Part shown: one piece after another, positions 16,845-26,369 of the stretch
Layout: each line of letters begins with the position of its first letter
How positions within the stretch are numbered: the stretch's first letter is position 1
Virus record (IMG/VR): IMGVR_UViG_3300014822_000065
Location: 1-56,733 of that record
Length of the DNA: 56,733 bases
Strand: one strand, 5' to 3'
Source: a virus
Taxonomy: Duplodnaviria; Caudoviricetes
Translations under genes and position numbers: made by a program
Notes under the pieces: model-generated
Databases searched by the model: none
Seen by the model: only the letters and a program-made list of their open reading frames with translations
What the model was told of the DNA's origin: nothing

Positions 16845-19190
16845 TCAGGCAAGCGGATCGGCATTACGCTTTACCAAGTCTTCTACCGTCTCGTTAGACT
16901 GATCTGCACGGCCGCGGCGCCGATCAGGCAATGAGACAACAGCAGCCGACGTGTCGTTTATATCATCGGCCTCGTCCCATTCGGACCCTAGAACTGCTTC
17001 CTCAGCACGCTGCTGATATTCCAGCGACATTTCACGGTTGTAGACAGCGGCCTTCATCTTAGGAGACCGCTTGGCTTCCCGCTCCCGAAGCTTATTCATT
17101 ATGGCCTGATGATTGAAACGGTTTTCCCGGTCTTTAAGATCAGGCAAAGCCCATAGCACCACTCGGCCGGCGTTTGTGTGGGACTGCTTTCTGGTATTAA
17201 CAGCAGGAACCGTGTTATTGAGGAACTTCCGGGCATGGCTCCGGACATTCCGTATCCGCATCTTCTCAGGTAGGCACTCAACGAGGTCCCGCTCAGCCAC
17301 GTATTGTCCATGGAACGGAGGCAAACCGCTTTGATAACGGTGCAGCCACTCGGCATCGTAGTCCGTCCGCGCTGCCTCTCGCATCTCGTCCTTAGACTTG
17401 CTGGTCGGTGCTCGGCCCTTCCCATTGAAATTCCCGATGTCCCGCTTCTTGAGATAGTCCCAGATGATGGCATCGCCACCTTCCTTTTCGGCCCAAGTAA
17501 ACAGTCGCCGGTAGTATTCGTCTTCTTTAGGGAACGCGTCCGAGATGGCGATGGCATACCGTCGGTCGTCATCCTCAACCGGCAGGGCGTCGTCATGGTT
17601 TGTGAAGGCCAGGATCACGCAGTTGTTGGTGACATGCTGCGTGGGCATGTATTTCTCATTGATCTCAATTACAGGGTCCGTCACCATCGGCTTGAGGTGG
17701 TTCATCAGGTCCACACGACCTTTGACCATCAGCTCTTCGATAACGACCAGTTTGACATTTCGTGCCCAGCCGTTGAACTGCGATTGGATGGATGCGTTCA
17801 TAGGCCGGCCGGTATTGTGCGGGCCAAAGATGCGTTCCATCACTTGTCCGATGAAAGATTTACCTGTACCCTGCCTGCCTTTGATAACAAGTGCAAAATT
17901 GGGCTTTTCGGCCGGGTTCTGGACACACCAGGCAAGGTAATCCAGCACCATATTCCGTTCCGTCTTGTCCTCGAACATATAGGTCATGTGCTCGAGGAAG
18001 ATGGTCGGGTCACCCTCGGCAGGCTTCAGGTTACTCGGCCTCCAAATGTTATACACCTCGTCGCCATTAACAAACTCAGGCTGCTCTGGCAAGAAGTCCA
18101 TTCGCATGAACTTCCGCATGGACCGTTTAGAGGCAAAGATTTCCGAGGAGATGCTGCCCTTTTCAGCAATAAAATTATATTTGGAGTCAAAAGACTTGGT
18201 ATCAAGCATCAGCCCGTCCTTACGACGGTAAAACATTTTTGCTTGGACAATCCAGACCCACTGGTCCATGATGCCCGCATACCGTTCTTCTTGCTCACCG
18301 CTTACCGGCGGCGGGCCGTATTCTCCTTCGTCATCCGGCAGGTCCGGGTCCCCAAAGTCATGCTCCGGGGTATCCCCGCCAGGAGGCACCACGCTTGCAT
18401 AGCTGAAAGCGTTCTTGACAATCTGCCGGAGCTCTTCGTCCGACCAAGGCGGCTGGCAACGATCATTCCAATGCTCCGCCATAAGCTCATAGGCCATATC
18501 CTCGGACAGGCCCTTTTCACGAAGCACGCATGCAAGGTAAAAGGACGTTGAGTTGCCCTTCTTGCCCTCGATTGCAGGTTTGGCGTCATATTTGAGATGT
18601 TTGATCGCCCAGTCAATGTATTGCGGTTGATCTTGGTCGACGACGGCCTCTTGCTGATGCTCACGATCCGCTCTGCGACCAGCAAGATGCACAATCCATT
18701 CCGGGACTTCGGCGACTGGTATCTGGCTGCTCTCAGCCCACTCGTATTCACCGGTATCGGTGCTGGACCCAGGCGCCAGAACATATCCGCCTGCGCCACC
18801 AGAGCCCCGGGTATCAATGCCTGGGCCTAGTTGCTCAACCGTGGTTCGAGCGTTGCCGTTGAAATAGAAATGCCGGCCACCAGAAGGTGTGACAGCCATA
18901 AGAGTGCGGGGAAGCTCTCCATAGTCAAGCTCCAAAAGGTCCAGGGTTTTTTGCCCGTTCTTTCCGTGTTTCATGTCTACGTCAATGACGCAGAGACCGG
19001 ATGGCTTGGTGGCAATCCCGATATTGTCTTCGGGCCAAGTTTTCCACCAGCCCTGAATAGTTTTCTCGTCTGTGGTGGCGTCACTGCCCCACTTCACCCT
19101 CGGCTTGTTCGTAGTTCCCTTTTTAATCGGAAAAACGTGCCAGCCTCTTTTGGCATAGCTCAAAGCGAGGGAGAGTTTGGATGAACCCAT
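16845..19190 (-). CDS. Bifunctional primase-polymerase fused to an SF3-type helicase (ends DPLA)
   Basis: GWHVFPI, NIGIAT, VIDVD, TPSGGRHFYF, GYVLAPGS prim-pol motifs; PriCT-like region; Walker A GRQGTGKS, VIEE, NEKY, DDRRY; GAGGAG RBS at 19190. Confidence 0.9.
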   Translation of the reverse strand: MGSSKLSLALSYAKRGWHVFPIKKGTTNKPRVKWGSDATTDEKTIQGWWKTWPEDNIGIATKPSGLCVIDVDMKHGKNGQKTLDLLELDYGELPRTLMAVTPSGGRHFYFNGNARTTVEQLGPGIDTRGSGGAGGYVLAPGSSTDTGEYEWAESSQIPVAEVPEWIVHLAGRRADREHQQEAVVDQDQPQYIDWAIKHLKYDAKPAIEGKKGNSTSFYLACVLREKGLSEDMAYELMAEHWNDRCQPPWSDEELRQIVKNAFSYASVVPPGGDTPEHDFGDPDLPDDEGEYGPPPVSGEQEERYAGIMDQWVWIVQAKMFYRRKDGLMLDTKSFDSKYNFIAEKGSISSEIFASKRSMRKFMRMDFLPEQPEFVNGDEVYNIWRPSNLKPAEGDPTIFLEHMTYMFEDKTERNMVLDYLAWCVQNPAEKPNFALVIKGRQGTGKSFIGQVMERIFGPHNTGRPMNASIQSQFNGWARNVKLVVIEELMVKGRVDLMNHLKPMVTDPVIEINEKYMPTQHVTNNCVILAFTNHDDALPVEDDDRRYAIAISDAFPKEDEYYRRLFTWAEKEGGDAIIWDYLKKRDIGNFNGKGRAPTSKSKDEMREAARTDYDAEWLHRYQSGLPPFHGQYVAERDLVECLPEKMRIRNVRSHARKFLNNTVPAVNTRKQSHTNAGRVVLWALPDLKDRENRFNHQAIMNKLREREAKRSPKMKAAVYNREMSLEYQQRAEEAVLGSEWDEADDINDTSAAVVSLPDRRRGRADQSNETVEDLVKRNADPLA

Positions 19191-19350
19191 TGCTCTCCTC
19201 CATGGTCCGCTTAACCAGATTATCACGCAGTATTCCAGTGGAAAACCATTTTAATACAAGAACTTAGTAACGCCGGTTTTTCTCATTTAAGGTTTTTATC
19301 AATCAAGTTCTGCTGTATTAATTACATATGCACATGAAATAGGTGAGACC

Positions 19351-19644
19351 ATGGCTAATAAAATCAAACTGACCGCACCGGGTTTCCGCAATATCGACCC
19401 CGAAATCCTTCAGGAATTTATCCAGTGCCTCAACACAGCGAGTTATTATCGTGCTGGCGAAGGATCTAATTACGATGAGGCGAGCGCAAGAAAAGAACTG
19501 GATCGTGCAGCGAACATCGCTATTGAAAACCGGTTCAATTTTTGGATGATTGATAACCTATTCAATAACACCAATCCGCTTGCCCAGCGAAATGAAATTG
19601 TTGATCGTATTTTCAAATCCTATTATGCAAGTCTGGAAAAATAA
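19351..19644 (+). CDS. Hypothetical protein (AT-rich gene)
   Basis: AGGTGA RBS; 97 aa; divergent from the primase. Confidence 0.7.
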   Translation: MANKIKLTAPGFRNIDPEILQEFIQCLNTASYYRAGEGSNYDEASARKELDRAANIAIENRFNFWMIDNLFNNTNPLAQRNEIVDRIFKSYYASLEK

Positions 19645-19747
19645 TTCGCTTATACTTGATAAGTATTTGTAGGTTTCCTCCTCGGTTCACCCGTTATACT
19701 GTGAAGAGGATGAATGTCATCGCAAACGTATCAAGAGGAGCCCAATC

Positions 19748-20278
19748 ATGACGAAGACCATCGATGAGCAATTGGAGAGGCTTGCCTCGGCTCAGGAGCG
19801 AACGGCCACGGCCCTGGAAGCCATTTTGGAAGCCGTGACGAATTTCCAGTTCACGCAGGCTGGTGAAATCGCGATGGCCGGCGTCAATATCGAGGAAGCG
19901 CCTGATGCCGGAGCCGACCACGAAGCTGCCCCCAAAGAAGCCACATCCGAAGAACCGGAAACGGTCGAGGAAGAACCCGAGCCCAAGGAAGAAGGAGCTG
20001 CGGAAAGAGCGACGGAAGATGAAGCAGCTGGCGAAGACGGCGACGAGGGCGACCCCCTCGGAGATGGAGAAGCTGCTGATGACCCCTACCAGCTCCCCGA
20101 GAAGCTGACCAACGACACGCTCCGCAGCTTTGCACGGGACCTGGTAGAGAAGGAAGGCAAGGCTGCGGTTTTTGAAGTTCTGGCCGACATCGGAAAGGGC
20201 TACAAGGCCGTGGGCGAAGTGTCGAAGGCTGACCTCCTGGAGGCTCACGAAAAGATGATCGCCCGCCTGCGCGGCTAA
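19748..20278 (+). CDS. Highly acidic protein of the replication module
   Basis: GAGGAG RBS; short N-helix, E/D-rich linker and small helical C-domain, a type often seen near DUF2800/DUF2815 genes. Confidence 0.75.
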   Translation: MTKTIDEQLERLASAQERTATALEAILEAVTNFQFTQAGEIAMAGVNIEEAPDAGADHEAAPKEATSEEPETVEEEPEPKEEGAAERATEDEAAGEDGDEGDPLGDGEAADDPYQLPEKLTNDTLRSFARDLVEKEGKAAVFEVLADIGKGYKAVGEVSKADLLEAHEKMIARLRG

Positions 20279-20540
20279 CTCCGCCGGAATTGGCGGAGCT
20301 ACTAAAAGGTAGCCATGTTCTGGTTCCTACTCTTCCTATTCCGATTGGGGCGGTCTCCTCCCTACTGCTTCATCGGAATGCCTGTCGAGCGGTGCATCAT
20401 CGCGTTGTCACCGTTCGGCAGGCACCAGTGCGACACCGCCACGGTCCGGCCGGGGTATGGGCCACATAGTTAGACGCACACCAAGCCAGGAGGGATCATG
20501 GGCCCTCCTGGCGCCCTATCACATCGTATATGGAGACATC

Positions 20541-20789
20541 ATGTCCCAACGTGTTGAAGTTGACTTTGCACCAGTCTCGCGCAAGAAAGCGGCAGAACTG
20601 GTCGTTCACCACCTCGCAATAGCAGCGGGCCTGTTCCAGGCACTGGAAGATGATACCGAGATGGAAACGCTCGGACCAATCATCGAAAAACAGTTTCAAG
20701 GCTGGTGCATCGAGGGCGCAGCTGCCCGGGCCTTCGTTGTCAGTCTCAATAACTCCTACTCGGCGCTCAGAAAGGAGCGGGGCGAATGA
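20541..20789 (+). CDS. Hypothetical protein
   Basis: GGAGA RBS before ATG 20541; ATGA coupling. Confidence 0.7.
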   Translation: MSQRVEVDFAPVSRKKAAELVVHHLAIAAGLFQALEDDTEMETLGPIIEKQFQGWCIEGAAARAFVVSLNNSYSALRKERGE

Positions 20790-21049
20790 CTGAGCAGAAG
20801 TTCCCCTATACTGTGGCTTACGGGCTGAGCCGCATATTCCGTGTCCGGCACATGGACATCAAGTCCTATCACGTTGAACAGAAGGTCACACGAGCAACGA
20901 CAGACGAGTGGAAGCTGCTTGCCGTCAGCAATCATTTCGATGCCACTGAAGCTTTGGGGGTTATGCATGAAGCCCAAATGTCGTATGCTGTAGAGTTGAG
21001 AGCACGGCAACAAATGGCAAGGAGCATGGCCAATGGACCTCATGGTTGA
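20786..21049 (+). CDS. Hypothetical protein
   Basis: AAGGAG RBS; coupled to neighbours. Confidence 0.65.
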   Translation: MTEQKFPYTVAYGLSRIFRVRHMDIKSYHVEQKVTRATTDEWKLLAVSNHFDATEALGVMHEAQMSYAVELRARQQMARSMANGPHG

Positions 21050-21659
21050 CATCGAAACCCTGGACACGAAGCCCGGAGGGGTTATCCTCTCGATCGGGGC
21101 TCTGTTCTTCGACCGCAAGACTGGCCTGTGCCCTGGTGAGGGCATGTTCCACGTGGAGCTGAACATAGAGAACCAGGCTCTCTGGGGCGGCACCGTTTCG
21201 GCGGACACCATGGACTGGTGGATGCGCACGGACCCTGAGCACATCGAGCGGGTCATGAGCGATGAATACCAGGCCACCAATACGGTCTCGGTGCAGGTCG
21301 CCCTGACGCAGCTCAACGAGTTCTGCTCCAAGCACTATCTGTCCAGCCAAGAATTCAACCTCGAAGGTGTCTGGTCCCAGGGCGATATGGACCAGCAGAT
21401 GATCGCCGCCCTCTACCGGAAGGCCTCGCTCAACCTCCCCGATTTCAAGGCTGACCTGCCGTGGCCCTTCTGGCGGTTCCGGGACACGCGCACTGCCTAC
21501 GACCTCGCCAATTTCGACCCGAAAACCGTTGAGCGCACCGGCCGTCACCATCATGCCCTTGACGACTGCTTTCACCAGACCAAATGCCTGCTGGCCGCCA
21601 TCAGTAACATCAATTCCTCGTCTGCAGAAACCAGGCACGGCTCTCCGATAGAAGGCTGA
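21033..21659 (+). CDS. DEDDh 3'-5' exonuclease (Rv2179c-like)
   Basis: MVDIETL, ILSIGA, RDTRT, HHALDD motifs. Confidence 0.85.
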   Translation: MDLMVDIETLDTKPGGVILSIGALFFDRKTGLCPGEGMFHVELNIENQALWGGTVSADTMDWWMRTDPEHIERVMSDEYQATNTVSVQVALTQLNEFCSKHYLSSQEFNLEGVWSQGDMDQQMIAALYRKASLNLPDFKADLPWPFWRFRDTRTAYDLANFDPKTVERTGRHHHALDDCFHQTKCLLAAISNINSSSAETRHGSPIEG

Positions 21660-21665
21660 CACAAT

Positions 21666-22547
21666 ATGACCTTCAGACCGCTGCTTGCATACACCGTCAA
21701 GGACGCAGACAAGCTTACCTATCCTCAGCTGGCCTCGCCAAAACTGGACGGTATCCGCTGTTTGATACGGGATGATATTCCCGTATCACGCGCCCTCAAG
21801 CCCATTCCCAATCGGTTCATTCAGGACCAGCTCCACTGCTACCCGGATTTTGATGGAGAACTTCTGGTCGGCGACCCGGTGGACCCCGCGGCCTTCAACA
21901 GGTCGACCAGCGGGATCATGTCGCGTGACGGGGAGCCTGATTTCACCTATTGGGTCTTCGATTATATCCATGAGCTGACCCTGCATGAACCTTTCGAAGC
22001 TAGGCTGAAGATGATCGACGAAGTGCTGGCTGACGGCACTAAGTGGCCCCGAGCTAAGTTGGTGCCGCACACCCGCGTTGATAGCCCTAAAGAGCTGATG
22101 GATTTGGAAGCGCATTATGTTGGACTTGGCTACGAGGGCATAATGGTCCGTAGTCCGCATGGCCCCTACAAATTTGGGCGGTCGACAGCAAACCAGCAAT
22201 TGCTTGGAAAAGTGAAGCGGTTCTCCGATACTGAGGGAACCATCGTCGGCTTTGAAGAACTCATGCATAATGAAAATAAGGCGGAAACCAATGAACTTGG
22301 TTACACGGAGCGTTCCACGGCGCTGTCCGGACAAGTTCCTGGAAATACGCTTGGGGCGCTGATTGTTTCTCATCCGGACTGGGAAGAAACATTTGGAATT
22401 GGAACGGGGTTTACAGCAGATGAAAGGTTTACGCTATGGCAAAACCGCGGCATACTGAAAGGACAGAGCGTGAAGTTCAAACACCAGCCAAGCGGAGCAA
22501 AAGACAAGCCCCGCTTTCCGGTGTATCTGGGTCTTCGAAAGGACTGA
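21666..22547 (+). CDS. ATP-dependent DNA ligase (minimal type)
   Basis: KLDGIRC, DGEL, VFD, EGIM, GTGF and PRFP motifs. Confidence 0.92.
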   Translation: MTFRPLLAYTVKDADKLTYPQLASPKLDGIRCLIRDDIPVSRALKPIPNRFIQDQLHCYPDFDGELLVGDPVDPAAFNRSTSGIMSRDGEPDFTYWVFDYIHELTLHEPFEARLKMIDEVLADGTKWPRAKLVPHTRVDSPKELMDLEAHYVGLGYEGIMVRSPHGPYKFGRSTANQQLLGKVKRFSDTEGTIVGFEELMHNENKAETNELGYTERSTALSGQVPGNTLGALIVSHPDWEETFGIGTGFTADERFTLWQNRGILKGQSVKFKHQPSGAKDKPRFPVYLGLRKD

Positions 22548-22549
22548 AT

Positions 22550-22804
22550 ATGCAAAAGCTGTTCAAAATCAAGCCCATCAAGCTGTCGTCGACGATCTAT
22601 TCCGAATTGCAGGAAAACCTGCAGGAAGCTCGGAAGATGGACGACTGGCACTGGTATGGCGACCTGTGCATCGAGGCGCATGCCGCTCTTGTTGACGCCG
22701 GCGTGCTGGAGGAAAGAATGCCGATCAGCGTCACCCGCTTTCCGACACTGCTTCAGCACTGCCACCTTGACGCCCAGGTCTCCGAGGAGGAGAAGGAAAG
22801 CTGA
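22550..22804 (+). CDS. Hypothetical protein
   Basis: AAGGA RBS; TGATG coupling downstream. Confidence 0.6.
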   Translation: MQKLFKIKPIKLSSTIYSELQENLQEARKMDDWHWYGDLCIEAHAALVDAGVLEERMPISVTRFPTLLQHCHLDAQVSEEEKES

Positions 22805-23136
22805 TGCACATTCTTCCCGGGAGCCCGGTGGCACAGTATATTATTGCGGTCGAACTGGACGGCAAACCGGTCAACGCCACCTATATTGACATGGAAACCG
22901 GCCGGGTTCAATACTGGCGCGCCGGCGAACAGGTCGAGGCGCACGGAGAGGTCAAAGTGCTTCTCCAGGCCAAGCAGAAAACCGAGACCCTGGACCCGGC
23001 CATGGCGGTCGAGCTGGATCGTCTCCTGGAAGAAACCAAGCAAACGCTTGCATTGATGTCGCCTGAGGAGAGGAGCAAATACTATGTCCAATACAAGGAT
23101 TACCTTGTCAAGGCCGCCAAGCTGCCAAAGCCCTAG
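22804..23136 (+). CDS. Hypothetical protein
   Basis: AAGGA RBS; coupled start. Confidence 0.65.
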   Translation: MHILPGSPVAQYIIAVELDGKPVNATYIDMETGRVQYWRAGEQVEAHGEVKVLLQAKQKTETLDPAMAVELDRLLEETKQTLALMSPEERSKYYVQYKDYLVKAAKLPKP

Positions 23137-23330
23137 CGCCGCTTTGCGCTACGACCGCTGGGCTGATCGTGGTCGGTATATCGATCTGGAGTATGACGAC
23201 CTTGCATTCCAGTGGTCTCCTCTGGTTCGCGACGGCATGATTTGGGTGCCCTCGATGGTTCTGTGGTATTTCACCTTCATTTGCCCGGCATACGACCTGG
23301 TGATTGCCCTGTTTAACTAGGAGTTTACCC

Positions 23331-24716
23331 TTGGCTTTCCACGCTAAGCTTTCCGCCTCCAGTGCCAAACAGTGGATTAACTGTCCCAAGTCCATCGCCA
23401 TGGAGGCTCTTAACCCAAATCCTCGTGGCTCATCTATTTTTGCCATGGAGGGCACCGCGGCGCATCTCCTGTGTGAGCTCTACACCAGGGAGGGCATTCG
23501 CCCCGAGGAGTTTCTGGGGGATACCATCGTGATTTGGAACGATGACGCTTACCTGGAGAAAGACCTCGCCGAAGCCAAGCGTCGCGTTATCGCGGGCGAA
23601 GATGTGTCTCGCCGTCCCAAAAACCCGGATGCGCCCATTGAGGCGGAATTCCTTGTCGACCAGGACATGGTTGATGCCGTGGAGTATTTCGTGGCCGCAG
23701 TGGAAGCTGCTCGCGCCCGTCTTGATCCCCGAGGACGCGAAGAGCGCTCTGAACAATGGCTTGGTGAACTTGAGAAAGTTCATCCGCTGCTCGGCGGCAC
23801 CGCGGACTATATTGGCGTGGAAACTTTCGGTTGGGCAGAGCTGATCGATTACAAGCACGGAAGGGGCGTGCTCGTCGAGGTGTGGGACAATTACCAGCTC
23901 AAAATTTATGGATTGGGCGTTTTGCTGGAGTTCCCGGACTGCGAAGGGGTGCGCATGACCATCGTGCAGCCGCGCAAGGAACACGAAGACGGCCCCATTC
24001 GTTCGATCGAGTATACCCGCCAAGAGCTGATGGATTTCAAGGACGAGGTCCTCGTGCCGGCGGCCGAAGCAACCCAATCTGCGAATGCTGAGCTGAGGGC
24101 TGGCGATTGGTGCACCTTTTGTGATGCCAAAGCCTATATTGATGAAGACGGGGTATTCCGCGAATGCCCTGCCCTCGTTGAGGCCATGCAAGAAAGCGCC
24201 CAGTTTGATTTCTCCGACGACCCGCCGGAAGCAGGCCTCAGTGTGCCGACAAATGCCAATGACCTCGCAGAACGGGCGAAATGGCTCCCTGTCTTTGATA
24301 AATATGTAAAGGCTGTTGAGGGAGCAATCCAGCGAGAACTCCTTGCTGGTCGGCCTGTCGCGGGCAAGAAGCTTGTGCGAAAGCGGGCCAACCGGACCTT
24401 CGGGGTCTACATCGAGGAAATTGATGAACTGACGGACCAGGAAGACAGCTACTGGGAAACCATGAGTGAGGACGACGTAATTGCCATTATGGAGAGCGAG
24501 CTGGGTCTTCCTCGCGAGAAGTGTTTCATGCCTGGCAAGCTGAAGTCCCCCGCGCAGTTCGAGAAGATGGGCAAAGAGGTCAAGAAGCTCATTAGCGAGA
24601 TGGCCTACAAACCGGAGGGCGGCTTGACTGTGGCGGATGAAGACGATCCACGTCCGGCCGTCGAGGTGGCTGTCGGCGGAGCCACGGATTTCCCGGATGA
24701 TTTGGGAGATAACTGA
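23331..24716 (+). CDS. DUF2800 / Cas4-like PD-(D/E)XK exonuclease
   Basis: HAKLSASSAKQWINCP, EGTAAH, GTAD, IDYKHGRG, QLKIY, CTFC..K..CP; AGGAG RBS with TTG start. Confidence 0.88.
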   Translation: MAFHAKLSASSAKQWINCPKSIAMEALNPNPRGSSIFAMEGTAAHLLCELYTREGIRPEEFLGDTIVIWNDDAYLEKDLAEAKRRVIAGEDVSRRPKNPDAPIEAEFLVDQDMVDAVEYFVAAVEAARARLDPRGREERSEQWLGELEKVHPLLGGTADYIGVETFGWAELIDYKHGRGVLVEVWDNYQLKIYGLGVLLEFPDCEGVRMTIVQPRKEHEDGPIRSIEYTRQELMDFKDEVLVPAAEATQSANAELRAGDWCTFCDAKAYIDEDGVFRECPALVEAMQESAQFDFSDDPPEAGLSVPTNANDLAERAKWLPVFDKYVKAVEGAIQRELLAGRPVAGKKLVRKRANRTFGVYIEEIDELTDQEDSYWETMSEDDVIAIMESELGLPREKCFMPGKLKSPAQFEKMGKEVKKLISEMAYKPEGGLTVADEDDPRPAVEVAVGGATDFPDDLGDN

Positions 24717-25033
24717 TGGGCAAGCGCGCCGTAGTTCTATTCATTGGAGACACTCCGTATTACTTGACGGGTTTCCGCGATAGCAATACTCATATGCGCG
24801 GAATGGTGGAGAACGGCGGCTGGTCTCTTTACATTGTGAAGGATAGCAAGTCTAGTTGGCAAGCGTTCGCCGCGACCTCCCGGGGTCAATGCGTAGAAGC
24901 CAACCGCGTTGGCGAGCCCTTCAATCCCGCGACCGTTTGCTGGGTTGATATTCCCGTGACTTTGCTGGCAGATTACATTACTGTCATCAACTGGGCCAAA
25001 CAACGAAAGGAGATTGCCCATGTTCCAAGTTAA
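24716..25033 (+). CDS. Hypothetical protein
   Basis: TGATG coupling; GGGAG RBS. Confidence 0.6.
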   Translation: MGKRAVVLFIGDTPYYLTGFRDSNTHMRGMVENGGWSLYIVKDSKSSWQAFAATSRGQCVEANRVGEPFNPATVCWVDIPVTLLADYITVINWAKQRKEIAHVPS

Positions 25034-25065
25034 GCATCTGAGCTTCCGCCGGGAGGAAGAACGCA

Positions 25066-25158
25066 ATGTGGACTGACGTCTTGTCAATCCTCGGAACGGT
25101 GGCCATCTTCGCGATTGCAGGATGGGCACTTCTCAACGATCATGAGGACGTCCCTTGA
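25066..25158 (+). CDS. 30-aa single-pass membrane peptide (MWTDVLSILGTVAIFAIAGWALL...)
   Basis: GGGAGG RBS; stop overlaps the TTG of the next gene. Confidence 0.55.
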   Translation: MWTDVLSILGTVAIFAIAGWALLNDHEDVP

Positions 25159-25349
25159 CCGACCAGCAAGACCCAGCCGAACTCCTAGCCCTGGCGAAAG
25201 TGGTTCAGGCTGAAGTAAACAGGGCTTGCCCGGACATGGACCCGCTCAAAATGCGAGCGGTTGCCCTGCTGGTCGGTGAGGCCTATCTTCAGACAGCGGC
25301 GCTGGAAAAGATCGTCAACGATTATTACCGGCGCCCGCCAACTAAATAA
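25155..25349 (+). CDS. Hypothetical protein
   Basis: GAGGA RBS; TTG start. Confidence 0.55.
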   Translation: MTDQQDPAELLALAKVVQAEVNRACPDMDPLKMRAVALLVGEAYLQTAALEKIVNDYYRRPPTK

Positions 25350-25462
25350 ACATTTCCCCGTTGAGTATTATCGGGATAATGTAATCGAGCGGCGCATACT
25401 GTGCCGCTACATAACAGCCATCCCACAAAGTTTTGGGATATTCAGAAGTCAAGGAGACAAAG

Positions 25463-26050
25463 ATGGCTGAGAGAATGAAAGTGGTGACCCCGCCTTTCCG
25501 TGTGAGCTTCCCCTCGGTTTTTGAGGCATCATCCTACCAGGGTGGTGATCCGAAATACTCGGTGGTGATGCTCTTCTACCCCGAAAAATTTACCGACGCC
25601 GACAAGAAAGCCTGGAAAGCCATGCAGGGGATCGCCGACGCCGCGTCCAAGGACAAGTTCAAAAAGCTCATCAAGGACTTGCCGGCCAACTTCAAGCGTC
25701 CGATCCGCGATGGCGCTGAAAAGGCGCATCTTGAAGGCTACGGTGAGGGGTGCATGTTTGCCACGGCCTCGTCGAAACAGCGCCCCGGTCTTGTTGACCG
25801 CAACAAGCAGCCCATCCTCAGCGAGGAAGACTTCTATCCCGGCTGCTGGGCGCGAGCCACGATCACGGCCTACGGCTATGACAATGTGGGCAAAGGCGTG
25901 GCTTTCGGCCTGCACAACCTGCAGAAGCTCGGAGACGATGAAAACTTCACCGGCCGCGTCGCAGCTGAGGAAGATTTTGACGACGACGCGGACCAGGTCT
26001 GGGCCGGCGCCGACATTGCTCCCTCGGAGGACGAAGACCCGCTGGGTTAA
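25463..26050 (+). CDS. ssDNA-binding protein (DUF2815 / gp2.5-like; ends DPLG)
   Basis: RVSFPSVF, KYS, RDG, FYPGCWARA, GVAFGLHNLQK motifs and an acidic tail. Confidence 0.9.
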   Translation: MAERMKVVTPPFRVSFPSVFEASSYQGGDPKYSVVMLFYPEKFTDADKKAWKAMQGIADAASKDKFKKLIKDLPANFKRPIRDGAEKAHLEGYGEGCMFATASSKQRPGLVDRNKQPILSEEDFYPGCWARATITAYGYDNVGKGVAFGLHNLQKLGDDENFTGRVAAEEDFDDDADQVWAGADIAPSEDEDPLG

Positions 26051-26128
26051 GTCTGGACTTCAATCCGACCCAACCAAGCTGAAAAAGCCAGCGGTTTTTT
26101 CCGGAGCTACCGGGAAAAGTAAGATTGG

Positions 26129-26158
26129 TTTACGCGGCGCTTCGGCGTCGCGTATACT
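26129..26158 (+). promoter_or_regulatory. Putative promoter whose spacer forms a UUCG hairpin
   Basis: TTTACG-N18-TATACT; overlaps TACGCGGCGC-TTCG-GCGTCGCGTA. Confidence 0.5.
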
Positions 26159-26163
26159 GAAAA

Positions 26164-26358
26164 GGCGTTTTTAGACGACCTACCGGACCAGCCTCCATAA
26201 GCCCGGGTCGATGTGTTAACAGGGAAGGGCCTTTCTAGTGCTTAGAAAGCACGGCTCCTCCGGCAGGTCTTCTAAGAGCGCATTGAATTTCCCGATTGGG
26301 CAATAGCGCTCGGGGGGCCTGGTGTTATGGACGTGGTGCACCAGGTCCCCTTTTTTAT
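26164..26358 (+). ncRNA. Candidate structured ncRNA or polA attenuator
   Basis: 23-nt arms 26165-26187 and 26259-26281 pair at 21 of 23 positions around a three-way junction; ends in a terminator. Confidence 0.55.
26312..26358 (+). terminator. Intrinsic terminator immediately before polA
   Basis: GGGGGCCTGGTG...CACCAGGTCCCC followed by T6. Confidence 0.75.
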
Positions 26359-26369
26359 CGGGGAGAGTC

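Noticed and set aside
17304-18551. Long antisense ORFs (also 31981-33030, 43793-44875, 50943-52004, 53070-54164)
   Set aside because: Shadow frames of well-supported genes in GC-rich DNA, with no motifs.
23084-23320. 78-aa ORF before DUF2800
   Set aside because: Overlaps the previous gene and lacks a convincing RBS; a short hydrophobic peptide is possible but unsupported.
23331-24716. Cas4 as evidence of CRISPR-Cas
   Set aside because: It is the DUF2800 nuclease normally found with DUF2815 and PolA in phages.
26200-26260. Cobalamin riboswitch (AACAGGGAA) or a known self-cleaving ribozyme
   Set aside because: No B12 box or following conserved stem; no hammerhead, twister or pistol core recognised.
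26322-26369. ORF-track upstream start of polA (similarly 19226, 25433, 35630, 42808, 49575)
   Set aside because: The polA extension lies inside a terminator; downstream starts have better RBS or coupling.
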